The notes under the pieces: model-generated | Database searches by the model: none | What the model saw: the letters and a program-made list of their open reading frames with translations, nothing else | Told to the model about the DNA's origin: nothing | Position numbers and translations under genes: made by a program | Shown: positions 43,005 through 55,731 of the stretch, one piece after another | Layout of the letters: each line of letters starts with the position of its first letter | Position numbering within the stretch: the first letter of the stretch is position 1 | Assembly (NCBI RefSeq): GCF_001194135.2 | Contig: NC_068987.1 | Span: 13,631,646-13,695,614, forward strand | Direction of reading: 5' to 3' | Length of the DNA stretch: 63,969 nt | DNA from: Octopus bimaculoides | Taxonomy: Eukaryota

Positions 43005-43045
43005 TACATTTTGGCTGTTGTATGCTCCAGCCTTCTTCAGGTGTC
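43005..43045 (-). ncRNA. Degenerate hammerhead-ribozyme-like motif (Penelope-like element type)
   Basis: Minus strand reads CTGAAGA-A-GGCTG-GAGCATACAA-CAGCC-AAAATG. The perfect 5-bp stem II is present; the expected CCGAAACG is seen as CCAAAATG, i.e. two CpG-type transitions. Confidence 0.4.
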
Positions 43046-44439
43046 ATATGTTGAACTTGGTTGTTGTATTGGAATTTTAAACTTAACCCTTTATTCAATC
43101 TCCAAGGAGGCACACATTTCTCATGCAGCTCTCTGTGTTTCGTAGTAGATAAAGACATTGGTTAATGCAGTGCAATCACATAGGAGGTTCTGAGTTCAAT
43201 CCCAGACCAGGAACTAAGGTAATTCACAGAAATCAACTGAAGCAAAACATGTCATGAGATGCAGAGAGCAAAATGAGAACAGTGTACCCTTGTGGATCAA
43301 ATAAAGGGTTAAGTTTGAAATTCCGGTACAACAACCAAGTTCAACACAAGACATCCAAAGAAGGTATTTTATAAACATTTCTATATAATAACCCAATTAC
43401 GATATGATCAACAATCAACAATGAGGATTATAATTTGACAAATGATCAATCTCCTTTCCCAAAGTGCTAAGTTACAACACTAGTTGTCATGTGGCTGCAG
43501 GTGACAAATACACATACACACATGCATGCATGCATGCATGCATGTATGTATGTATGTGATAGACCTCCACACAGTTTTGTCAACCAAATTCACTCACAAG
43601 GCATTAGTTGGCCCAGGGCTAAGGTAGAAGACACTTGCCCAGATGTCACATACTGGGATTGAACCTAAAACCAAATGGTTGCAAAGAGAGCGCAAACTAA
43701 GTTTGGTCACTTAACCAGAAAATCATGACCTCTTTCTTGTTACAGCACAACATTGTATCCAGAATAAAAATTTATTTTTATTAAGTGATGTTATCCTATA
43801 ACAGAGAAAAACAGTAAAGATGGAACTGGTTTTAAATCATAGAAAAAATGTGGAAACTGGTGAATCACTTAGTTTTTTACAATGCTGAGCTTTGAATGCA
43901 TTCACAAAAATAAAATTTAAAAAAGAAAATTTTAAAAAGTAAATAGCTACTTATATAAAAAAAATATACATCAAAAACATATTCTTTTGCAGAAATAATA
44001 CTATTGTCATCGACAATAGAAGAAATTTGACTTTTCTTGCTATTACCAATTCTAGTTACTAAGCAACTACTGACTTTTAAACCAGACTTGTTCAGGTCAC
44101 CTAGATAACATAGCTTAGTTAATATTTAATGACTTATTACTGCAATCCATTTTCTTCATGTCCAGACTTTATGCACTGTCAATTTTGCATTAATGAACTT
44201 AGTGCACAAGCAAGCCAAGTTCACTGTCAGATGCCCTTAGTGTCAACATAGTAACACTGTCTGAATTATAATCTATCCTTCACACTCAAAGGCTGAACTA
44301 GTTAACTGCTGCTCAGTTTCTAGAGTCTGCAGACATTAGATATATTAGATAATACCATTTCAGCTTCTCTCATATTCATCTGTAATCCATTGATTCAAGC
44401 ACTTCTGTCCAGGTAAGAAACATGTGTCAGAAGAACAAA

Positions 44440-44805
44440 AACTGGTAATCATATTTTGTTTCAGTTATTAGACAGTGACTATGCTGAGGGCACCACCATG
44501 AAGAGTATTCATAGAACAAAGTGATACCAGTATTTCTTTCCCCCCCATCCCATGGTCTGGTACTTTTGCCAAACTACTAAATTACAGGGATGTAAACAAA
44601 CCAACACTAGCTGTCAAGAGGGTGTTGGCAAACACAGAAGCACATGCATACGCACACAAACAAACTTCCACAAGGTTTCTGTCGAGCAAATCCACTCACA
44701 GGCACTGGTTGGCCTGGGGCTATAGCAGAAACTTGCTCAAAGTGCCATTCAGTGGGGCTGAACCTAAAATCATATCGTTACAAACCAGGCTTCTTAACCA
44801 CACAA
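44440..44805 (-). mobile_element. SINE family A, diverged
   Basis: GGGATGTAAACAAACCAACAC...AAATCCACTCACAGGC...CTGAACCTAA...TTCTTAACCACAC. Confidence 0.75.
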
Positions 44806-45177
44806 CTTTTCTTCTTTTTACTGCTTTGGTTGTTGGATGGAAAATGATTTGGGGTTCAGGGCAGGAATGAAAAGTATGGCAGTTTAGTTTTAAATACCCC
44901 CCACCCCCACCCCAAAGTACATTTTGCTTCATGAGAAAGAGCACTGCCCCAGTTCAGGAATTGAAGAGTCAATTGGTTGGGTTAATACCCAATTTTAATT
45001 GCTCTAGGTGACAAACAAGAGAAAAAGAACAGACAAACAGAGTAAGATTTTCAATGAGATGCAATCTTTAAGAAATATTACAAAAAAAAAAGAGGGCTTA
45101 GAGGTTTGAGATATTGTGGGAAATGAGACAAAAAAAAGTGAGAGTATGAAATCAGTAGATTAGGATAGAAGGTTGGG

Positions 45178-45510
45178 CAGGCATGGCTGTGTGGCACTTT
45201 GGATGTGTCGTCTATTATAACACCTGGTCAATCAATGCTTCATGAGTGAATTTGGTAGATGGAAATCATGTGGAAACCTGCTGTGCCTATGTGCGTTTAT
45301 GTATCTGTTTCACCACCACCGTTGATTAACAATTAGTGTTGGTTTGTTTGCATCCTCATAATTTAGCAGTTTGGCAAAAGAAACAGAATAAGTAACAAAC
45401 TTTAAAACTTAGTGCTGGGAGTCAATTTTTTCGACTACACCCTTCAAGGTAGTACCCCAGCATGGCCACAGTCCTATAACTGTGGCCAAGCAAAACGTAA
45501 AAGATAAAGA
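45178..45510 (+). mobile_element. SINE family A, diverged
   Basis: GGCATGGCTGTGTGG...GAGTGAATTTGGTAGATGGAAA...CCCCAGCATGGCCACAGTCC. Confidence 0.7.
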
Positions 45511-46244
45511 TGTTTACCAACATCATTGTTGTAGCAATCACAGAAGAATTTGCCAGAACAATGGAGCAATGGTTAGAATGTGTTTGTGAATGGTGGCTTC
45601 TGATAGCAAATGACTGATATGCAAGACATTCACTTGTAAAGTGCACAAACTACTTTGAACTAAACTATTACATTATAAATACATAAGTTCAAGAAAGTGT
45701 AAGGTACAGCCAACAATTCCTGTTTCTGAATCAAGAAAATTATTACGAGTTGAAAGATGTTTGAGGTGGTAAAGATAGTTATCGTAGGGAATGCTGCCAA
45801 AGAAACAAACTGACTTCTTTTATAAGTGCTTTTATAAGTGAAAGTCTAACCAGGTAAGAATTATCAAACGTATTTCCATGGCCTACATTTCAATAATATA
45901 CAGCGTTCCTGAGGATATTTTAGCAAAGACTCTCTTCACTAATTACCTATTATCTTCAGATTCACACATAATTAAACAATATCTCCTTTCATGATCAAAC
46001 TGCCAAGCTATAAACTGATAAAAGAGTGTTCAATACCCAAAAATGCAATTTATCATGTAAATATTTTCTAAAAATTACTTTTTCACTATTATTTTGATTA
46101 AAAAATAGAAAAGCACCACCTCCCCTCCAAAAAACAACAAAAAATAATGAATAATGATTCTGTTTCATTATGAACTCAAAACCAATAGAGAAAGAGTATG
46201 TGAAGCCATGGAAACAATAGATAAAAATGCATTTTTATTTTTAT

Positions 46245-46277
<33 letters not shown>

Positions 46278-46517
46278 TNNNNNNNNNNNNNNNNNNNNNN
46301 NNNNNNNNNNNNNNNNNNNNNNNNNNNNNNNNNNNNNNNNNNNNNNNNNNNNNNNNNNNNNNNNNNNNNNNNNNNNNNNNNATATACTGATTAAAGAAAT
46401 CATTTTTATAGTAAACCAAGCTATCTTGTAAATTTTTTCATTACACAAATTAAATTATGTTAAAAATATAATCCAGCGATAAGGACAATTCATCTTTATG
46501 AGAAAATACCTCCTGTT

Positions 46518-46567
<50 letters not shown>

Positions 46568-47984
46568 ATACATATACACACGCGCAAGCGCATGTGTGTA
46601 CACATTGTATGTTCAGTTAAAAGAGTATAGCACAAAAAAGCTCCGACATGATAAGAAAGGAAATTAAATGCACTGACCAATATACTCTTGACTTCAGTAG
46701 TTAGCCTGAGGGAAAATTTTTCAGAACATTCCTAGCAAGGCTAGAATAAACATCTGGCAGCATCATAGCATGAAATTGGCAAATTAAAAGTCAAATATCA
46801 CAGGACTACCCTTTCATTTCCTAGATCAACAAGTAATCAATACATTTTAACTAGTCAAGCATAACTAGAGACAAGCTTACAGGATGTGTGATCCAATCTC
46901 ATGAAATAGATTTTAAAATGTCAGCAATGATTGCTTAAGTTAGTTTGTATTATCTTAATGGGTTTTAAATGGACTAGTTTTTATACATGCACAGAAAAGC
47001 AAAAAAAAAGAAGAAAGAAAAATAAATATTTAAGGAATTTCCACACTGTTTCTTCAAGAGATTGCCTATAATGGGAATATTTAATGTTTTATTGGTAGAT
47101 CTATTGATAATCTAAAACAAATCAAAATATCTATATTCTTTAATAAGTACAAGAGACTAAAATCTCTTCCATGAGTGATCAGAAAATTCATCATTTAAAA
47201 CATGCAAACACACACACATTTTCTAGTTTTATTAGTTTTATATAAATTTTTGTTTTTTTTAAACCTTTTTATTCCATCATCATTATTTTTACAAAGCCTT
47301 TTCTCTGCTAGCATGTGTTGGATGGGGCATCGTAGATTGAGTCAGCTCTTATTCAGATCACTGCCCTCCTAGACAGACAAGTCTGTCTCGTTCACTGGTT
47401 CCATTTTTGAATGTGCTTTTATAGCTGAATGCCCTTCCTATTGCCAACCCCTTTACAGGATGTACAGGATGCATTTTATCAGAACACCAGTACTTGAGAG
47501 ATTGTCTTGTCCTCAACAAGAGAAAAGAGTCTTTTCTTACCCAATAGGATTTCCATTTGCTCGTTTGCCAACACCAGAAGGTTGTCTTGTCCTCAGCAAA
47601 TAGAAGTGACTTTGATGTTAGACGACCAATGCAAGAATGTGATAGATGAGAGAGTAAAAGAAAAGAATCAAAGAGAGAAGTTTGAAAAGGTAACAGAGAT
47701 AAGTAGAGGGAAGAGAGTGGTGAACAGCTAGATGATAATTGTTGGTAAGGATATTCAATACAAATAGCACATTGGAGAGGAGAGAGAGAGAGGACAGGGT
47801 AATAGAAGAGAAGGTACTGTAAGTGAGAGAGAAGTGCTGGAAACAGAAAGAGAGAGAGAGCTTGGAAAGACAGTAGGCATTATAGATGTCAATAATGAGT
47901 GATAGAGGAGAGAGTAATCATCAGTTACTTTGGTGTAACCACCAGTTACTCTGGTTATCCTAGCATACCCCAGAGCTGCATCTT

Positions 47985-48182
47985 GTCTAGGCTAATTCTT
48001 TTTCTAATCAATTGTACTAGAACTGTTTCAGTAACTTTGATAACCTAGTTCATCAATTAAATGCTTCTCTAGCTAACACTCTCTAAAACATCTTTGCTCT
48101 TGTAGAAGTGGATGGTGATATTATTATGCCAGTAATTGGTGATAACACCTTCCTCTGCTACCTGACTGACTATGAGTGATGG
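47985..48182 (-). mobile_element. Second RTE RT fragment, paralogous to 49862-50062
   Basis: Shares TCTTGTCTAGGCTAATTCTTTT...GCCAGTAA...CTACCTGACTGACTA with 49862-50062, with many substitutions. Confidence 0.75.
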
Positions 48183-48573
48183 ATGTTGAGTGATGGATAG
48201 CAATAAAAAATTTGAGATAAGAGTGGAGGTGCCGGATGTCAATAATTAGTGGATAAGGGTTGGAGAAATGGGGGAGAGAGAGAGAGAGAGAGAGAAAGAA
48301 AGAGATAGTAGATGATGGCTATTGATAATGAGGGGATGGTGGTAAGTGGGAGACTGAATCAAGACAGATCCAATTAATAACATCCCTTGTTACATAGGCA
48401 GTACAATGGGGGGAGGGGGTGACAATAGGAAGATATATTAATGAGAAGGTGAGAGAACAATGGATATGAGAGTCTCAAAGCCACAAAGAAACAATATATG
48501 AAGGATTGATATGAGCATAGTAGTCAGGGGAGATCTAATTGTAGATATTAGGCATCTCATTTTCCATCTCTGA

Positions 48574-50062
48574 CATCAACCTTTTTATATCCAGTCTTCT
48601 GTGCTTGTATGTATTGAGTGAGTCCCTTTTAGTACACTGATTCATGGGCCTCTTTCCCTCCTCTCCTTCCCAAGATTCAGCTTTCTAAAATGAGTCTTCC
48701 AGAATTTATCCCATAGCCCTTCTTCTTCCACAGGTTCCATCCACAAAGAGCACTTGGCATATCATTAAACAAGTGGCATTCTCCATACATGACCATACCC
48801 ACATAGTTTTCTCTCTTTCACACTCCATCCAGTTACTCCATGTCAAGTCTTTTCTTTCACCTCATTTGTACTCCACTAACAACATTATGCATCCAGCAAA
48901 GTATGGTCACCGCATTTCTTTTCAATCTTCTCAAATCCTCCGCATTCAAGGTCCATTTTTCAGTCACACAGCATACATAAGTAGCATACAATCTGCCCTT
49001 CAATAAGAAAGAGAAATCTTTTGCTGGAAAGTAGAGGTAGCAGCTCCCTGAACTTTTTCCACTACATTTTAACTTTGGCAACTGGGCTTTTGGAACAGTT
49101 GCCTCCACTCCAAATTTGGTCATCTAGGTAACAAAATCTATCGACTACACCAGGGAACCTTCTGAACACTTGAAGGAATTCATTTCACATGAATTCTTAC
49201 TGCTAGCTACTCCCGTGCACCTGCCTCATATGAAGCCAACCTACATTCCTTGTCAGACTGCCTGTGGTCTCACAACACTTCTAATGTATCCATAGATCAA
49301 AATTGGGTATATTGTATTGAATTCCTACTTATTCTTTCTCTGCATATCAAGCATGGCCATTTCTAGTGACAGTAGGGTCCTATCATCTTCGCTAGATTTA
49401 CTGTGAAGCATCCTTTTTAAATATTGTTTCCAAGCCTGGAATTTCTTCATTAATTCTTTAAACAATTCAGCTATGGTAACTAGGTAGAGAGGTGTTTCTA
49501 AGGACAACCAATCTGAAACATCTATTGTGGCTTGAAGGACAACAGTAAACAAAGGCGGAAAAAGAACTAAGCCCTGATTAACGCCAACCTGAAAACTAAA
49601 TTCTTCATGGAACTCATTGTTAATCCTCTCTCAGCTTGATGATACCACCTTTGTACATGGCTTACAAGAAAGACACGCCACTGACCTAATAATACATGTT
49701 ACCTTAGTGACCACCAGTCTTGAGAGCACGAAGCACCGTCAAAGGACTTCTCCAGGACCACAAAAGCTAAATAGAATGGTTTATTCTAGCCAAGTACGTC
49801 TACAATTGTTGTTTCACTAAGAACATGGAATCAGTGGCACCTGTCTGGGCATTAACCTGAAATGAGTCTTGTCTAGGCTAATTCTTTTCCAAATCAGTTG
49901 TGCTATAACTTTTTTAGTAACTTTTATAACTTCATCCATCAGTTTGATGCAACCTGTCTCGCTCTAAAGCATCTCTTTTGCTCTGGTATAAGTTGATGCC
50001 AGTATTACGCCAGTAACTGGATATGACACATTCCTGTACTACCTGACTGACTACGAGTGGCT
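48574..50062 (-). mobile_element. Decayed, 5'-truncated RTE-clade LINE (RT, Cys-rich insert, C-terminus, 3' tail)
   Basis: Broken minus-strand frames: RT N-terminal YWRNTGINLYQSKRDALER; GVNQG (about 49585); ELFKELMKKFQAWKQYL; KWPCLICRERISRNSIQ; DRFCYLDD; LKGRLYATYVCCVTEKWTLNAEDLRRLKRN; GYGHVWRM...GTCGR-like. The tail near 48574-48625 resembles the GAT-tailed SINE end. Confidence 0.85.
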
Positions 50063-53000
50063 AGCACATTATCTACTTCAAATATTTTAAGTGTCTCAGT
50101 GATTATACCATCCCCAATGGCCCAGTACCTTCCCTTTCTTCATATCCTTAATTGCGCTTTTGATCAATTGGCTGTCAATTTCAATGGTTGATCCATCAAA
50201 GTTACATGATTATATTTTTCCATTTATGAAAATTATCACTGAATTCCGACTCTTAGAAATATACAATAAAAATATACATTTTTAAAAGGTTACTGACTAA
50301 CAATTAATAAAACTGTTTTTAAATGATTCATTACTTGTTTTATTCTAATAATTTTTTTTCCTCTTCTTCCATAAACTGAAACTAGTGATTGGAACATTAG
50401 GAACCATTCTCCATTTCTCCCTCCTCAACATTTTTTCTTTTTTTCTTTGACATTAAACTAACTGATGCAGCATTCAGCAACGTTTTGGTAAGGGATATTC
50501 AATACAAAGAAAGCATGTATGTCACTAGGACCATGTACCAAATATTTCAACTCAACAAACAGAGAGCAATCATCACCAAAATAAAATTTTTAACAACTTC
50601 CTCCTTTCTTTCTTTTTATTCTTTTACTGGTTTCAGGTACTGGTTTGCCTTCATGGATATAACCATTATCGCCATCCCATCATCGCTCTATAATCAACAG
50701 GTACTCATTTCACTGACCTCACAAGGTGGAAAGGCAACAGCAGCCTGACGATTTGAACCCAGAACGTAAAAAGGTATCACTATCACAAGCTATTTTCTAT
50801 GGTACTCTACAAATTCTACACTCTACCATTAATTCATTACAAATTTAATATGCTCAATCATCAGAGACATTCAAATAAGTGCTCTATTCAAGGATATCAC
50901 TTAATCCCAATATCCAAATGTTCTTAACTAAGTTCATTGAAGCAAACCAGTCCAATTCAGCCCATTAGCATGTGTGTGTGTGTGTGTGTATGTATGTACA
51001 TACGTACATGGTCATGTGTCACCCTGATCTCTAGACTCAGAGATATTAAGGTTTGCACACTTGTTACTGTTTTAAAAAGTTATCCCTGTCACTACTGAGA
51101 CCAGGGAAAAAAAAAAAAGAGAACAACCAGCCTATATTGCTTAATAAAAGAAAATATATGCCTACAAGTGGATCATTTGGAGAGAATCCAATGAACGCTA
51201 ATGTTCCAAATACCAATAACTCTTATAGATTTACTCCTCTACACAGACAGAAAGGAATAGCAGATTTAATGGAAAGCAGACTCCTGCAACTAGATCCATC
51301 TGTACTGAGATGTATAAAAGAGAACCCAATAAAAGTAGCAGCTATTTGATTTTATATATCAGCCCTGAGCAAGGAAACCTCAGATGTGCTTTTGCAACAG
51401 GATGTAGGAAGAGTACTAAAAATTTGAACTGTGCTTTGCTGTCCTCCACAAAAAAAACCCCCATTAGTGCACTCACATGCAAATGCACACATGCCAGTGT
51501 AAATGCATGTACATATGCATGCCCCCCCACACACACACACACATACGTTTATGTATACTAGTGTAATCCTTTGCCTCGAGCTGAGTCCCTCTTGGTGAAA
51601 AGGTGACTTATTCGTTTTTGATTAATAAAAATCATTAGGACTGAAATTAATACTGGGATCAACACAATTGATTAGTGAAGGTGGTGCCCCAACAGGGCTG
51701 CATTTTCTGCATGAAATGCAATAAAAGAATAAGGAAAAGAATAGACACATATACATACATGCACACAAACATAAACCAGACACATATAAAGACATATAGC
51801 TCGATAGACACAGTTTGTGGGTATTAAAAGGCAAGAGAATGTTTTAGGAGCTCATTTCCAAAATAGAACAGTATTCTTGTGCATTTAGCTTCGTTGATTT
51901 ATTATTTATCAACTGTCATTAGTCTATTCCTCAGAGGAATACACTCATCAACACACAACTCACTGCTAAAATGACACCTTGGAGTTCTTTCCTTCTTTTC
52001 ATTTTATATTAGTAATGATATGCAGTCAGTTTATTTGGCAGGAAATTTTTTTTTTTTTTTTCCTTTAGAGGAGCACACTAGTCTGGCATTAGCAAATGCC
52101 TAATGAAACAGGGTTAATGGTCACAAGTCATTGCAATTCTCATCTTCCTGAGAAACCCTCTGAGCATTTGGGACCTGCAAAAGAATAGCTACCAAATCCC
52201 CCTCAAATCACACACCCTATCTTTAAAAGGAAGGATATGGTAAACGTATTATGTCTGAAGATGGAAAAAAAAACAAGATGGGATGGTCATGGTAAGATTG
52301 TCATTGATTGTAAGTCTACTTAGTCGGAGCTGACTTGGCTTTTTTTGAAATTATATCTACACTTGTTCTCTAAATACATTAAGAAAGTAAATTTGCTTTT
52401 CAACAAGTTGATGTTGCAGAACAGTTTAGCCATCAACCTATCAACATTTTGATTTTCAGCAGAGCTATAACAATATCAACTGGTGCCCATCTTTACAAAT
52501 TCAAACCCATGGTCTTTATCTTAAAATAGTTTAAGAAGTTGTCTAAACTAATGAAATCCTGCATGCCGCATATAACTGATTAAAGAAATGATTTACGAAT
52601 AACTATGAGTAATACTTTGAATAAATATCTCATTCAGGAGAAGGAGGTGACAGAATTAGAAAATGAAAGTGAATACTTCTCAAGAGAAAAATAGCTTTCA
52701 GAACAATGGAATATAAACCACATTTTCAACTGGATTTCTGATCTATATAATAACTATTTCAACAATACATCTGAATGATAATGGAAAATGAAAAGCTAAA
52801 AACTACCCAATCCATAAATTTTATATGACTACATCAGCTCAGACCATATCCAACTATAAGCATACACAGAGATTATCTCACCAAATTTAACATGAAACCA
52901 TTTTTGGAATTTTTTAAACAAAATATACCAGATTAGAAAGGAAAAAAAAAGTTAAGGGAATTTTTTTCCTGTTTCTCAGCAGTTATTGTTTTAACTATAA

Positions 53001-53295
53001 AGAATAAATATTTCAATAGAAAACTAATTTTGCTTAATACATACAAAATATAACAGAAAAAGGAGAAAAAAGTTGCTGTTTTCCCCCCTAATTATTAGTA
53101 AATGTTTTAGCTATAAAGACTAAATATTTCATTAGCAAACTAATTTTCTTCACAAGTAAAATACTATTGTGATGTTAATTATATACAAATTAGCAACTAG
53201 TAAAAAGTACCTCTAACTAAGAAAATTGCTTTATTATACTTTCAAAACAATTTTTTTTTTTTTTTTTTTTTTTTTTGTCCATGTTAAAAACTTAC

Positions 53296-53403
53296 CTGAA
53301 CAAAATACTTGAGATGTTTTATATCATTATTCTTCAATCTTGACACAACATGATCAATCCCCCGCAAATTAACGTCTAAGTGTAGATTAAATCCGTTAGC
53401 CAT
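53296..53403 (-). CDS. Candidate alternative first coding exon of liprin-alpha: MANGFNLHLDVNLRGIDHVVSRLKNNDIKHLKYFVQ
   Basis: ATG at 53403, 36 open codons, consensus donor CAG|GTAAGT in phase 0 matching the 27564 acceptor. In-frame TAA at 53470-53472 upstream with no intervening in-frame ATG. Four CpGs in about 45 nt. No homology recognised. Confidence 0.55.
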
Positions 53404-54619
53404 CGAGTCAGATGACAACAAATATATACATATACATATATATATATATATGTATATATATATATTTATTTATATACAAACATAAAATATTAATGATCTC
53501 AAAAATATCTACTTTGACTTTCTTTAATGCCAAAAATTACACTTTTTGGCATTCTCTCCTTTAAAAAAATACTTTATATTCAAAGTTTCTGTGGTGTATT
53601 TTGGTTTGGTGGATGTATGTATGTGTAGGTATTATATATGTATATATAGATATATATATGGGTATGTGTGTATATATACTCATACAATGGTAGTATTATT
53701 TTCTTTACTCTTGCTTTTTTTTTACTTAGACAAAGTAAAAATAGACTAAAATATATATATATAAAAAAGGGGGGAAAAAAAAAGAAAGATAAAGTAAACC
53801 ACACAAGAGAAACTAAACTGCAAGGTGATGGGGTAATGAATGAAAAGATAAATTTATATCCAGAGGTTGCAGAATAAAGAGGTAAATCCACTCCAATGGT
53901 AGATATCCATGGAAAAAAGAGGTATCCATTAGTTTAATCCATGGTAGTAAATGTGAAATGTTCATCAGCTTGGAAGTAACTTTACACAGCCTCATTGTAG
54001 CCAAATAGTAACACATGGCTACAAACAATTGCATCCACTGCTGAAGAATGGTTATGGCTAATTACAGCTTAATGTTTGCAGACACTGGTGGGGGGTAAAA
54101 GAAAGGGGGGAACAAAAAAAATGAAAATGAATTGAATTGCTTCACAATTTACAAAGCTTTCACCACTGATTAGACACACAAGCTGCTGTTACTGTTGCTA
54201 CCATCCCAAAGTATCCATCATATGTATGCATCAAAAACCAATATATTTTATCCTTAGTGATTCTGATAGGTTGACAACACTGTGGTTACCAAAAGATGAA
54301 GCATGCTGATTACGTTCACATCACTATCTGCAATAGAAGCTACTCCAGCTGATGAAACTGGCTTGATAGTAGTAGCAGTAGGGGTGATATTAGCAGCGGC
54401 AAGATCAGCAGCAGCAGCAGCAGCAGCAGCAGAGATGCTAATGGCCATTCCTCTAATTCTGCTATTAACTTGTAACAGTAGGTAAACTGCAATACAAGAG
54501 CAGCATTGGGAAAGTTTTATGTCTTGTCTTACTAAAAACTAATGCAAGTTATAAACTGTGAACTACACAACTAACATCTATTTTTTATGTAGCAGAAGCA
54601 GAAAGAGAAAAATAAACAT

Positions 54620-54815
54620 GCACACACGCACATCCAAGTGTTATTTTCCAAACACAGGAACACACATCCAAATATTGTTTTCCATGCACACACACACACA
54701 CATCCAAATATTATTTTACACACACACACACACGTCCAAGTATTATTATCAAAAAGTATGCGCACACAGAAACACACATCTAAGTATTATTATTATTACA
54801 CACACACACACTAGT
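54620..54815. repeat. Irregular minisatellite: about 5 units of (CA)n + TCCAARTRTTRTTWT
   Basis: Recurrent catccaagtgttatttt / catccaaatattgtttt / catccaaatattatttt / cgtccaagtattattat / catctaagtattattat separated by CA runs. Confidence 0.8.
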
Positions 54816-55240
54816 ATTTTATGATAAAATGAAACAATAGAAGTTAAACATATCAAAACAGTCATTTTATAGACTAACTACTGGTTTCACATTTTGACAC
54901 AAGGCCAGCAATTTGGGATGGCAGGGAAGGTGATAAGAAAATTATATCAATCCAAGTTCTCAGCTGGTACTTATGTTATTGACCCCAAAAGGATGAAAGA
55001 CAAAGTCAGCCTTGACAGAGTTTGAACTCAAACCATAAAGACAGATGAAATGCCACTAAGCAAGAGGTAGCCGACACGTGAATAGGAATACGGGAAAATC
55101 AGAATTTACTATGTCACATAATTTAATTAAGATTCTATACTTTAATACTGCTTACAGAAAATATGTAGAAGAAATATCAAATATAAAAGCTAATCATCAC
55201 AACTGCATAGATTTTTCAGTCTTCACTCATCATTTTTAAA

Positions 55241-55454
55241 TTAACCTGTTCATTTCATTACCAAATTTCTGTAGATAAACACTGGGCTGTTTCAATTAAT
55301 GTTGAAAATAGTGAAGAATTTAGTAAAATAATTTTGTTGCTATTAAGCTAGTTTGAAACAAATTAACATGAAATCTTAATGGAAGATTTCAATTCAGATC
55401 ATTTAAAATATAAAGTTCATATCAGAAAGCTAAGGTCAGTTTCAGAAGGGTTAA
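55241..55454. mobile_element. TTAA-flanked MITE family 2, second copy
   Basis: TTAA|CC... start and ...AGAAGGG|TTAA end; collinear with 8053-8269. Confidence 0.6.
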
Positions 55455-55630
55455 GTGAAAAATTTATATGTCCTAAGGTTCTAAAATTGACCAGCTTGTC
55501 AGCAAACTTTTATATAGATTTATACAATTATTCTGTGCATAAGTGTATTTGTAGACAAAGACATATACACACACACACACATTATAAATGAATATGCAAA
55601 GCTAATTCCTTTGGCAATGTGAATATGAAT

Positions 55631-55681
55631 CAGTAAAAGCCTTGTGAGTAGATTTGGTAGACAGAAACTGAAAGAAGCCCA

Positions 55682-55731
<50 letters not shown>

